Part shown: piece after piece, positions 1 to 13,500 of the stretch | Numbering within the stretch: the stretch's first letter is position 1 | Layout: each line of letters opens with the position of its first letter | Source of the DNA: Anthoceros angustus | Lineage: Eukaryota; Plantae; Anthocerotophyta | Reading direction: 5' to 3' | Assembly: GCA_010909165.1 (NCBI GenBank) | Contig: VJWM01000117.1 | Location: forward strand, 310,001-374,000 | DNA length: 64,000 nucleotides | Made by a program: the position numbers and the translations under genes | Notes under the pieces: generated by a model | Databases searched by the model: none | What the model was told of the DNA's origin: nothing | What the model saw: the letters and a program-made list of their open reading frames with translations, nothing else

Positions 1-408
1 CATCTGCGCAACCGGGTCCTTCTCGACGTCCTTGACATCGCCCTTGAACACGTCTGCCGCCGCACTTAGATCCTGCAGGCACAGAAGGGAACGCACATCC
101 ACATCCCGCTCCTCATCGCTCACGCTCAAAAGAAGCCAATTCTGCAGCAAGGGAGGCAATTCAAGAAAGCGAGCCTAGCACGCTACCACTCCAGTGCAGA
201 AAGCTCGGCCGGCCCCGGTGAGGATGATGACTTGCACACCCGGATCGGCCTCCAGGCTCCGGAATGCGGCAGCCAGGTCGGTGATCATGTCCTTGGTGAG
301 CGCGTTGAGCGCCGCAGGCCGGTTGAGCGTGATCCAGCCTACGCCATCTCCCGCCGCCTCCACTTTGATGAGCTGCTGCTGGGCACGGGAATCGGCCTCT
401 CTCCCCAT
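1..408 (-). CDS. ECHIA: Enoyl-CoA hydratase/isomerase (crotonase fold), peroxisomal ECHIA-like; 5' part only, gene continues left of the window
   Basis: Exon 1 408-187 encodes ...GWITLNRPAALNAL...VIILTGAGRAFCTGV. GT-AG intron 186-73. Exon 2 (72-1) continues in frame as DLSAAADVFKGDVKDVEKDPVAQM, matching the plant crotonase oxyanion-hole motif (FCxGxDL). Confidence 0.85.
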
Positions 409-1590
409 GGCTGCGTTCCTCGCTCACGCGCACTCGGACATGAACGCCTGAATCAGCTTGCAGAGCTCAGAGTAGCGGCCGGTGCAGAGCAGGAAGCACA
501 GGACGGGGAAGAAGGAAGGCAGAAAGAGCGCCATGGCAGTGGCAAGGCTAGCGTGGGGAGCGGAGTCGGGTCCGCGATTGCAGGGGTAGAGCCCAATTTG
601 AGAAAAAAAGCCGTCGGCCTGCCTGCCGAGAATTTCTTCCCGTCAGCGTCTGGCGGCAGGCCGGGGCCGCCACGTCGTGCTTATCCCATCACCAATGCGG
701 AGCCGACGACGGCATGCAATCCTGTTGCACGAAAATCGTAACGGATAAAGCCTCAGATCTTTGTGGGCGCTTGGGATGCCTGTTTTTGGGCGGTAGGTAA
801 GGTTGGTGGAAGTTGGGGCGAGTCCGGGGGCTCGGACAGCCCGGTGGGAAACCGCCACGTGAGCGCGAGATTCAGGTGAGCGTTAAGACGACTCTCGTCA
901 TCTTTGCATGCGGGGAGCATCTGAATCGCTAATTGCTCTGCAGCAGGGCTGCTGCGGGAGTGGATCTAGCTGCGGAGCTGACAGAATTGCGGCAGGAATG
1001 TGGGGGCGGGATGCTATGCCCTAGGATTGTGGTGGGTTGTGCGCAGAGAGGGGTTGGGATGGTGCGGCTCTCTGGTGGGAAGGAAAGGTGTGGCAGGAGC
1101 GCTTGCTGGATGGAAGGTGCATCGGAATGTTGGTTTTGTGGTGTTTGGGAGCTGAGGAGGCCATGGCCGAGGAGTGTGGTGTAGGAGGTTGTGGGAGGCA
1201 GGTTGCAGGGAGGGTGTGCACTTCAGGGTAGTGTGGGTGAAGTGCAGGACTGGCATAATGCGGCCGGCACAGCCCCAGCCCAGAGGTATGCTGTGTTGTG
1301 AGCCTCTGAGGGAGCCGAGGTTGCAGCTGTTGCGAATGCAGGTTCTGAGCTTGTGATGCTTGGCAATGCAGCGAGCTTGAAGGCCAACATCGATGGGCCT
1401 GAGGACCCTGGTGGAGGGGCAGCTCCCATGGAGGTGGATGGCACGGGTTCGAAAGGCAAGAAGCGATCGTCTGAAGAGGTGCTGCATGTTCCGCCCTGAT
1501 TCCCATATGTTGTGCACTGCCATCTCTTGAGCTATTTCTGCACAGAGTGGAACTGGTGGAGTCTAAGTTTGCCTTCTTTTGGCTGTCCAG

Positions 1591-4500
1591 GCTATGCTGG
1601 ACCTCGAAGATTATGTGGAAACGGTTGTGGACCCGAGAGTCATGGTCCCTTTTGATTCCAAAGTTGGAGAGACACCACGTAGAGTTCAGATTGAAAGGTA
1701 CAGTGCAATTGTGTACCAGGGTTTGTTGCGTGCAGTTCCAGTGATTTCTGGATAGAAGGGACAGGGGTCGTGGCGGGCACTGTCATTTACTACGAGTTCC
1801 TCTTTTCTGGATGCTGATTTTGTTGCTCAGGATGAAGAGACTATATGCCCAACAGAATCTGACTGACCTGCTGACAAAAGAGGGTCTAGTTCCTGATCGC
1901 TTGGACCTGACTACTGCGGATGGAAAGGTCCCTCTTCACTACTTTGACAATGTGGATTATGAAACTCGGCATCCTTCACAGTGGTACTGCTTTTCTGCTC
2001 CTGGAGTACAATGAGACTCTGTGATTAGCACTAGTAAAGCTCAGCACCATATGCCCCTGCTTTCCTGAACTTGATTAGCTGTTTGTTGCTGAAGAGCAAA
2101 CTCATGCGGTACAGGTTCTTGCAAACAAGCAGATCATGGGAACTGCAGTGTTTTATTTTCATTTTCTAGATTAGGATCAATTTGCTCCATTGGATAGCAG
2201 ATTCATGGTAGCATAACTGGCTTGCCGGGGGTCGTGGCTGAATTCCAGTCTGTCAAGCCTTACTCCCTTCATGCACCAGGGTTGACAAAAATATCAAGGT
2301 CCCCGCAGAGGCTGCCTTTGTCAATTTTGAGGGAAAATGTATTTGGAAGACATGTACAGTGTTGGATTACGTGGTGGACAAAAACACCTACCTTGTGCAG
2401 TGGGATGACACAGGACAAGAGTCATGGTTACCGAGGCAAATTCTACAAACCCATCTTGAACAATCTGTGCATTTTGGTTTTCAGTGTTCCACGCTGGTTG
2501 GATCTGTCGGGCTGACCTGTTTACATTTCAATGTTTTGAATAAAGAGTGCAGGATACAGGTGCATTTTAAGGCTGAAGATCCTGTTCTGTTTGCGCGACG
2601 TTTTGCAGACGCATACAAGCTGCGTTCCAAGACAGAATCCTACTTGGTACGTGTGGAAGCTATTTCTTTTGGTTTTGAGCTGTGTGTTAGCTTTGCTGAG
2701 CGTCACAACAGACTGAGCCTGAATTATGACATGGTTGCTGTGACAGAAATACATTCTCTATGTGGAGAGTATGCCTTTAGAGGACATACCTCTACTCACG
2801 GATGAGCAGGAGTTGCGAATGGAGATGATGACATTCAATAATAAGATGTTTCGGGAAAAGAACTGCAGTGTGGTGGAACTTCTGAAGGAAGTGAACTTGG
2901 ATTATGCCCGTGCCATGAACAAGATTGTCTTTGACGACAGCCTTCACCAAGACCCTACTGCCTCCAGGGAGTTTGTCGTGTCAGTGGATCTGGACATTCC
3001 AGAAGCGCCAAAGCCAGCAGTGCCATTGTAAGATACAGAGCTACATCCCCATGGCCTCTTTGGAGAGCACACAGGTCGTGCATGGCATCTCGAATTAACA
3101 TGCTTGTGAGGTTCATATGACAGATGCGGGTGCAAGCCATGTCCAGAGTACGATTTTGAGGAAACGTCGAGTGAATTCTTCTTTGCCTCCTGCCTCACTA
3201 GGCCTGAGGTGATCATAGCTACAGGGAAGCTCAGGTTTGAATGTAACAAGGTGCTAAGAATGATACTCCTTAGCACCCATTACAACAAAAGTCTGCGCCT
3301 TGAAGAATTCGAGCAGTTGCAAGCTCAAACAAGCGAACAAGCTTCTCAGCATTTAAGAGAAACGTAGAGCCTCTTTACTTTTCCCCTCAGGTCTACACTA
3401 CTGCGTGTGATACTGGTGTTCAGAGTCCTCACAGTCCCCTGCCTGAGTACAGCGGGTTGCTGGATGTGGCAGCTGGACAGCTCTGTTAAAAAGTATCATC
3501 CGGACGTCATTCAAAGAAGCTGGAAAGGGTTGGTTTAACATTCGTGAGCAGAGTCATGAGGCCTATCAAGGTAGCAAGATGAAACGTTATCTCAGGATGA
3601 TACGGTACATGATGGAAGACACCACACGCTATCTGTGTGAAGAGGGGCTAGCAAAGTATGCCTCTTTTGTGGGTAGGCAGTTTGGAAATGCAGCAGTGGA
3701 GATCAAGGGCGTAGATGACGTGACAAGTGTTTGGTCTCCGCAAGACTATATGGTGAGGTTCCCAGTTAACCCTTGAGATCGGTCCTTAAGCGTATGCACC
3801 AAGCAGAAAGCAGTTGATGCTTGTCGTTGGTCCACTTGGGGGGAGACAGGCAGATGCAGATACTACTGTGCGGTTTGTTGCATGTTTTTTGGTGACTTGA
3901 TTCCAGGGTTACGTATTGCCATGTTCTGTCTCACAGATGCTGAAGAAACCACCTCTATTCTCGTTGGAGCTGGTTTCTACGGAGAAAGGGGTTTTTGACT
4001 ACAACACTCCTATACCAACTTTTGAGGAAGTGATCACCAAAGCGTTTGACAATTCCATCACAAGCTTGCAATTCATCCCACAGCTGGAGCCCGCTATCAT
4101 GGAGAACCTTTTCTGGAGGGGGACTCCTATGATCGATGCAGTTCAGTTGCTGGAGCCAGCGGTGATAAAGCTGAAAGGCCAAATGTTGGTGAGTGACAAC
4201 CTACATGGACCCTCCCATTGCCTGCGTAAAACTGTAGATCACCCAGTTCAAGGGACGCTCACTTCGGTTCCATTCTCCAGGAAGCAGTGGAAAAGTCTGC
4301 AAAAAACTTGCAACTGTACCTTGACAAGTTTGTAGTCTATGAGCCCCTTCTTCAACTGGACGTGCCAAAATACAAGTCAGAACTGGAGGCCAGGAAGCCT
4401 GCTTTGAAAGATCTACTTGCAGAGGTGTCCCTTCATAGAGCTGAGCAAGATACCATCGACAGGAGGTGTGCATCTCGCTGCTAATGAGTCTCCGGGATAA

Positions 4501-7500
4501 AACAAAATGCTGGCTGTCGACGGGAATTACTCAGCTCAATGGGGCACTTAATCTACTTTTTACATCATCTGCTGCAGAATACCCTCCATGGTCACCTTTG
4601 GTCCGTGTCTTGTGGCATGCAAAAAGATCCGGACTTTTCTTGTGAACAAGAAAGCATCACTTGCGGAAATAGGTTCGTGAAAATTTGAACCTGATGTAGA
4701 CAGTCATTGCAGTGTGATCGCATATTTGTGAATCAGCGTTTGTGATTTTGATTGGTTCAGGTTCTGTGTGCAGCCTTGGTCATGATAGCAACTATCCCAA
4801 AGCTCATGGGACAAGAAATTGGTCACAAATTTGAGGAAAAAGAGAAACAGCTCAAGATGAAAACGCAGACCCCAGAGGATGTTGCTGCACAGAGGGAATA
4901 TATAGCCGGTCTACCGGCAAAGATCCTTGAGCTAAGAGGAGAAATAGATGCCACTGATGTAAGGAAATGTTATAGAATGCCAGTTACAAGTGCCTGTCAT
5001 GCAGAAGCACAGCACTGATAGGAGATTCGTTTTGGTTGCAGATATACTATACTGCATTAGATGATATGCAATATTCTCTGAACGATGCAGACTTCGGCCA
5101 GAAGTGGATTCTGCTATCTTGGCCTGATAAAATTGAGAAACTGGTCCAAAAAACGGAGAAAATTCTGGCATCTGACATGGAGCGTTATCAAAAAGAGATG
5201 GAGGAACAGCAAAGCATTTTCGTCATTACTATGGAAAACTTAGAGTCATCAGTGGGAGCTTTTGGGGCACACACTGATCTTGCCCTGGTTACTTTCAAAC
5301 TCCACTGTGGTCTGCCGCGTTTTCATAAGCATCCAGAACTATGCTGCTCTAAGGTCAGGCATGTCCATACATACTTCCTAACCGGTGTCCTAATCACCAG
5401 GCTGAGAAGGTGGCATTTGAAGCACGGAAGCTTAACGAGCAGCTCAAGAAAGCAGATGACGCTGCAAAGCTGTTCAATTCCAGGGAGGCCTTGTTCCAAG
5501 TACCAGCAACGGATTACTCAAAGCTCAGGAAGACGATTGAAAACTTTGAGCCTTTCTACTATTTGTGGACATCTTCAGATGACTGGAGAAGGCTCTCCAA
5601 ATTATGGTACTTTGGACCATTCAATAACCTCAATCCTGATGAGATTGAGAAAGCTGTGACTGGTTGGTGGAAAGGGCTATTCAAGTACGGGAGGCTGTTT
5701 ACACAGAAGGGATACGAGCCTGGTGCATCGAACTGTGAAATTATCCGCAAAGAGGTAGGTGCTGTTCGGTGAGACGGTTTTGTTGCGTTTTTGGAGCAGC
5801 AAGAACGTGAGCCGGTAGGTTTGAAGTAAGTGCGTGGATTTCATTGTGATTACTTCAGGTCGGTGAATTCAAGCCCTTTGTGCCCTTGATTCAAGCCATG
5901 CGTCAGCCAGGCATGCGGACGAGACATTGGGACCAGATAAGCAGTGAAATCCATATGGACTTGCATCCTGGGGACGACTTCACTCTGACTAAGGGCATTG
6001 AAATGGGTCTGCTGAACTGCATGGAAGTCATCAATCGTGTTTCGGAGATTGCATGCAAGGAGTACGCCATCGAAACCGCATTAATGAGGATGGAAGAGGA
6101 GTGGAAGACTTTGCTTCTCACGGTGATTTTATTGCCACCGTACAGTGTGAATTTCAAGCTAGTTGCTTTAAAATTCGTAGATAGTCCTGTATCGTGTGAT
6201 ATGGATGAATAACAGACTGGCTATCTTGGTCTTGGATAGTCATTGGTCTTAGATAGTCATGTATCATGTGATATGGATGAATAACAGGCTGGCTATCTTG
6301 CCACAGATTATGGAGTACAAGGAAACTGGTACATACATTATGAAAATTGATGAGCAGACGCTACAAACGTTGGATGATCATATCGTTATGACTCAGTCTA
6401 TGAGCTTTTCACCGTTCAAAAAGCCATTTGAGGAGAGGCTTGCCAAGTGGGAAGCACAGTTGGTTCTTGTTTCGGATATTATTGATGAGTGGCTAACTCT
6501 GCAGCGGCTGTGGATGTATCTGGAACCAATTTTCAGCAGTCCTGACATCCAAACTCAGCTTCCAATGGAAAGCAAAAGGTTCACCACTGTAAATACTGTC
6601 TGGAGAAAGGCTCTAGGGCAAGCACATTTGACACCTCACATTCTCACCATGTGCTCAAGTAAGAAGTTGTTGGAGCAGTTCCGCGAGTGCAACAAGGTAC
6701 TTGTTGCGTCTCACGTGGGAGACTTGTTGTTTATTGGACACTGGTTGAAATTCTCGTACATCGTGGAAACCAGTTGCTAATGAATCCTTTCATCGTGCTG
6801 CAGTTGATCGACCTTGTTCAGAAAGGTCTTGCAGATTATTTGGAGACCAAAAGACTGGCCTTCAGTCGTTTCTTCTTCCTGTCCAATGATGAGTTGCTTC
6901 AGATACTGTCTCAGGCCAAGAATCCTCTGGCAGTTCAGCCTCACCTTCACAAGTGTTTTGAGGCTATTGACAGACTGGACTTCCAACCAGACATGGAAAT
7001 TACAGCAATGAATTCCGCTGAAAATGAAAAGGTGGTTACTCTAGTCTTGACTGCTTTTTGCCTCGGCATTTTGGCATGGTGTTTCTCAACCAGAGTAGGT
7101 ACCGAGCTCGTGCGATCTACACTCCAGACGCCCAAATGTTAGAGTTAAGCATTCACTCTAGACAGCTACTGATTGCATCTTTGCGCAGATTCCTTTTGCA
7201 AGATCTATGCAACCGCTCGGGAATGTGGAAACCTGGTTATCCCAGGTGGAAATCAGGATGAAGGAGAGCATTCTAACACAGGTAGCTAGCAATCAGAGGT
7301 TGACTTGATAATTGTGTGTTTTCGCTGACAGCTGAAATGAGATTTCACGGGTGGAACTCTTTGCTTCCCTGTAATCTAACAGTTCCATACATTGAATGCT
7401 ATCAGATCAGATTATCCTTAGCTGATTACAAGGTGACGGCAAGAACCAAGTGGGTCACGGTATGGGCTGGCCAAGTGGTCCTCTGTGGAAGCTCTATCTA

Positions 7501-10500
7501 TTGGACATTAGGAGTAGAAGCTGCCATAATGTCTAACTCGTTGCAAGCCTTTTTGGATGATGTCCAGGTTTGATGCATCCTTGACCAATCTTACATGCGT
7601 ATTTGGTTACAAAACGCTGGATTGACAAGCACAGTCCTCTCCTGTCGAGTGTGAATATTCCATGGTTGTAAATTTCTGGTATGTTCCCTTCTCCAGGTGG
7701 TTCAACTCCTGGGTCTGACGGACCTTGTTCGTGCCCCCTTAACAGCACTTGGTAGGCTTACACTTGGCGCATTGATCGTGATTGATGTGCATGCTCGAGA
7801 TGTTGTCATAAAACTCATAAACGAAAGTGTAAGCTCTGTTTGTGGTTTGTCATAAGTAGAACTATTTGAAGGCAACGATCAGTAAGATAATATCTTTCTA
7901 CTGTGGATGCTGTATATCAGGTCAAAGCTGTGACGGATTTTGAATGGGTCAGCCAGTTACGATACTATTGGGAGAATGATAATGTATGGGTAAGGATGGT
8001 TCAAGCGTCTATTTCATATGGCTATGAGTATTTGGGAAACACTCCTCGGCTGGTGATTACTCCTTTAACGGATCGATGCTACATGACCTTGATGGGTGCG
8101 TTGCATTTGAATCTCGGTGGTGCTCCTGCTGGCCCTGCTGGAACTGGGAAGACAGAGACGACAAAGGATCTTGCCAAAGTAGGTGATCAAGTGGATATCA
8201 TAGCCCAGATCTTGAAACTGTAGTATAGTGCAACTGCATCCAGTCCAAACGGTGTTACATATCACGTCCATGCCGAGCTTTGTGGATTGAACATATTGTT
8301 TTGCAGGCACTTGCAAAGCAGTGTGTTGTGTTCAATTGCTCCGATGGGTTGGATTACCTAGCTATGGGCAAGTTTTTCAAGGGATTGGCTAGCAGCGGAG
8401 CATGGGCTTGCTTTGATGAGTTCAACCGGATTGACTTGGAAGTCCTTTCAGTGATTGCGCAGCAGATTTTGACAATCCAACTAGCGATTCAGCAAAAGTT
8501 GAAACGTTTCATTTTTGAGGATGCTGAAATCTCTCTCGATCCTTCCTGTTCAGTTTACATCACAATGAATCCAGGGTGAGGGGTTTACCAGTTTGCTTGC
8601 TCTGGAAGTTGTGCTGCTCAGGCAAGAAATTGTCACTCTTCTTTATTTTGATGTTGAGTTTATCTCCAGTTATGCAGGGCGCTCTGAGTTGCCGGACAAC
8701 TTGAAGGCCTTGTTCAGACCTTGTGCTATGATGGTTCCTGATTATGCTCTAATTGGCGAGATCAGTTTGTTCTCGTTCGGATTTCGAAGAGCGAAGAACT
8801 TAGCTGCCAAGATGGTTGCCACATTCAAGCTCTGTTCTGAACAGCTTTCCTCACAGGTGCATACATTCTGTAGGAACCTTGCTAACCTTCTCAGTAGCCT
8901 GAGACGACTTCTGGAAATGAATCACTCTCTCTCTTTCACAAACGCGTATTGGTTTTCACTTACACCAGCTGTACAATAAGATTCATGGTTCAAATTTGTT
9001 TATAATGATGACATTAGGGTTAATGAATGCATTGGCTCCTCTGAATGGTACAGGATCATTATGACTATGGTATGAGGGCAGTGAAGAGTGTGATAGTAGC
9101 AGCAGGCAACTTAAAGCGTTCATACCCAGATGAAGATGAAGATGTCCTGTTGTTGCGTGGTCTGAATGATATTAATGTTCCAAAATTCCTTAGTCAAGAT
9201 CTTCCTCTCTTTGCTGGTATCATCAGCGATCTCTTTCCTGGTGTGAAACCTCCTAACATAAGCTATGATGATCTACTGGGAGCTCTAGCAACTGTTAGCA
9301 AAGATCTGAAAATAATGCCTGTGGAGGCGTTTACATCAAAGGTATAGTTACTGATCTGATATTACTGTAACGCTGGAAAAACTGACATTTCTTTGTACCC
9401 CGTGCGTTGTCTTCAACTGGATGTTTTCTGCAGGTGATTCAACTGTATGAGACTACAATTGTGCGCCATGGCCTTATGCTTGTAGGACCAACAGGGGGTG
9501 GCAAAACAATGAATTACCGCTCACTTGCCATGGGCATGACATTACTTAACAAGGAAGGATCGACAAAGTATGAGAAGGTACTCAATGGAGTTCACCTTGT
9601 GCTGACTCCAAGCGTTCTGGGCAGATGTCAATGGCAGGCAGGTTGATCAGTGTTATTCGGACTTGGTTGCAGGTGAAGATCGCCTGCTTAAATCCAAAGT
9701 CCATCACCATGGGGCAGCTGTATGGAGAGTTTGACCCGAATACCCATGAATGGACAGATGGAGTACTAGCTTGCTACATGAGAGAACTTGCTGGAGATAA
9801 TACTCCTGATAAGAAGTGGATCATGTTTGATGGGCCAGTGGATGCTATATGGATTGAAAACATGGTGAGACCCTCGACAACTGATGGCCTGGTTAAAAGA
9901 TCGGATACCCTGAGGCGTCTTAGAAAGCTGTATTGCTCCTGCAGTTTTCAGTACCATGTGACCTTTCCTTGCAAGCTCTAAAGTATTCCTGTGTGCATCC
10001 ACAGAATACTGTTCTTGATGATAACAAGAAACTGTGTCTGGTAAGTGGAGAAATTATCCAAATGTCACCGCCCATGACCATGATGTTCGAAGTGGAGGAT
10101 CTTGCAGTGGCTTCACCAGCAACAGTCAGTCGGTGTGGAATGGTCTATATGGAACCACATTGCCGAGGGTTTGAGCCTCTCTTTGACTCTTGGATACCAA
10201 AGCTCCCCAAGTTCATGCAGGTATACGGAGACCAGCTGAAGGTTATGTTCACTAAGATGGCTATACCAGCAGTGAGGCTTGTGAAGAAGACACTCAAGCA
10301 GACGGTTTACACATCCGAAGATAATCTGTTTCTCAGTTGCTTTAATGTGATGGACAGTATGCTGCAAGTTTTCAACAAGGACGGAGGGTGGGATATGCTA
10401 AATGATGATGAAAGGGCTCGTCTTCCAGAAGTAAGGGTCCTGTCACGTAAGGAGGAGTCCATGCAAAGTTTCAGGTGATTATGAAGAGTCAAACTTATGA

Positions 10501-13500
10501 GTAAAAAGCAACTATATTGCTCCTTGTGGAATTGTGCAGGCCATTGAGCCGTTCTTCATATTTTCAGTCATTTGGTCCATTGGAGCAAGTGTAGACCTCG
10601 ATGGCAGAGGCAAGTTTGACGCTTTTATGCGGAAAGCGATTGCAGAGATCAAACTTACAAAGGGACCTCCTGAAGGCCTTAGTGTGTATGGTTACTGCTT
10701 TGAGGCATCAAAGATGCAATGGACGCCATGGATGGAGACTATACCTAGATATGCTTGTGACCCTCACAAACCCTTTGCGGAGATCATTGTTCCAACAGTT
10801 GACTCTGTTAGCTACACATTCGTGGTTCATCAATTGCTGCAAATAGGCAAACATGTCCTATGTGTGGGAGAAACAGGAACAGGGAAAACGCTGTATGTCA
10901 GGGACAAGCTTCTGAACCGTATGGATGCTATTTTTGTACCAGTCTTCATAAATTTCTCTGCAAGAACAAGTGCTAATCAGACTCAGGACTTGATAGATTC
11001 CAAAGTTGAAAAGAGGAGGAAGGGAGTGTTTGGTCCTCCGGCCATGAAGAAGTATGTCATTTTTGTCGATGATGTCAATATGCCACAAAGAGAGAAATAC
11101 TTTGCCCAGCCTCCCATTGAGATCCTTCGCCAGTGGATGGATCATAAGGGCTGGTATGAGAGGAAACCACCTTGTGCTTTCCGCAACATTATAGATATCC
11201 AGTTTATGGGCTGTATGGGTCCACCTGGGGGAGGAAGAAACCCTGTCACCAACCGCTTTCTGCGCCACTTCAACTTCTTATCTTTTACTGAGATGTCCCA
11301 GGAGGCACTTTTCGTCATTTTCACTACCATCTTGGATGCCACATTGAAGTTGAAGTTCTCTGAAGAACTTCAAGCACTTTGTAAGCCCATTGTGCATGGC
11401 ACAATTGAACTGTATGGCACAATCAGGAAGGAACTTCTACCAACACCATCCAAGTCGCATTATACATTTAACCTGAGAGACATGAGTAAGGTCATCCAGG
11501 GAGTTCTTCGAGCAGATCCACAGTTCACAACAGGGCTCAATACTCTACTTGGTCTTTGGCTTCATGAATCTATGCGTGTATTCCAGGTTATATGCCTCAA
11601 AACCCATCACTTGTTATAAGAGGTCTGCATGCTGTTATGCTTGAGTATGGATGCTTGATTTTATGCTTTCACCTGACAGACATGACATTTTTTTTATCAG
11701 GATAGGCTTATCAACAACGAGGATAGGGACTGGTTTAAAAAGTGTGTCTCATCATTATTGCAAAACCAGTTTCATGTCGGATGGGGTGATGTCTGTGCGC
11801 GTGAGCGGCTTGTGTACTGTGATTTTCTCATACCTGGCGCTGAACCGAAGATTTACCAAGAGGTGTGTGTCTGCTCCTAGAGTCAAGTCAGGGTACGTGA
11901 TTAAGAGTTTTCCTTCATTCTAGGTCCTGTACATGCACCAGGTGTTTGATTTGGCATAAAACCTCGGACCTGAAGTTTGGAATGTTTGTTTCCTGCAGGT
12001 GACTGATCTCGAGGTTCTTCAGAAAGTAGTTATGGACTATCTTGCAGATTATAATGGTGTCACAAATGCTCCGATGAAACTGGTTCTTTTCCTTGATGCC
12101 ATAGAGCATGCATCTCGAATCTGTCGTGTGATCCGGCTTCCTCTAGGAAATGCACTGCTACTCGGAGTTGGTGGGAGTGGAAGACAAAGCTTGACGAAGT
12201 TGGCTACCTTCATGGAAGACTATGAGATTTTCCAGGTGAAACGTACATCTGTTGTCGCCTGATTTGCTGGAGCTTTCAATTGTTGACCTTGTCTAACACA
12301 GATCAAGAAGGTGATACCTTTCTGACGAAGTGTGATCTTGCATCGTTTTAGATTGAGATAGCTAAGGGGTATGGGAACAATGAATGGAAGGATGATCTTC
12401 GGAAAGTCCTAATGAAAGCAGGACTGGATGACAAAGAAACGTCGTTTCTGTTCTCTGACACCCAGATTATTATGGAATCTTTCCTGGAAGATATCAACAA
12501 TATCCTGAATTCTGGAGAGGTAATCCTGCAACATGGGGGGCATGGAATTGAGTATTCTATGTTGCCAACATGACACTTATGTCCACAATATCTGCACAAC
12601 AGGTTCCCAATTTATGGAAACAAGAAGATCAGGATGCCATAGCAAATGCCATGCGCCCAATACTTCAGGGCCTGGGCCTCCCTGTCACGAAACTGGCAAT
12701 GGCTACGCTCTTTCTCAACAGGGTTCGGAACAACTTGCATGTTATCATGTGCATGAGCCCTATTGGAGATGCTTTTCGACAGAGACTTCGTATGTTCCCA
12801 TCACTTGTCAATTGCTGCACAATTGACTGGTTCAGTGAGTGGCCAGAGGAGGCATTGTTCTCTGTTGCAAAGAATTTCCTGGCGGAGACAGATGTATTGA
12901 CACCTGAGGAGGTACTCAGCAAGCCGCTATGACCAAGTGCATCTCAAACTTTTGTTTCCTACCTTAGGTGTCGACTAATTATATGGATCACGCAGACAGC
13001 AGCGATTGTCAAAGCGTGTGTGTACGTCCATCAATCAGTAGAACGGCGTTCTAAGGAGTTTTTTGAGGAGCTCCGCCGTCACAATTATGTCACACCAACA
13101 AGCTACTTAGAACTTTTGAATACGTACATCAAGCTTCTAGCTGAGAAACGAGCAGAGCTGGAGCAGCTGAAGGGAAGGCTTGAATCTGGGCTGGACAAAC
13201 TGAGAACCACGGCCGACGAGGTAGAGATTTTGAAGAAAGACCTTACTCGCCTCCAGCCTGTGCTGGAAAAGACAGCTAAAGAAGCTGATGATATGATGAT
13301 GGTCATTTCACATGACAAGAAGGATGCAGACGTGACAAAAGCTGAGGTATTTTTTTGGGTGTCCTTCCCAGAGTATGATAGATGCCCAAGTCTTTATAAC
13401 GTCCTTCCCTGGTGACACACCCGGCTCTGCGTGGTTCCCATGATTTCCAGGTGGCAAAGCAAGAAGAAGAGGCAAATGTTATGGCCGCGAAAGCAAAAGC

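Noticed and set aside
1000-1250. G-rich tract upstream of dynein (possible G-quadruplex)
   Set aside because: Irregular G-runs; no evidence beyond composition.
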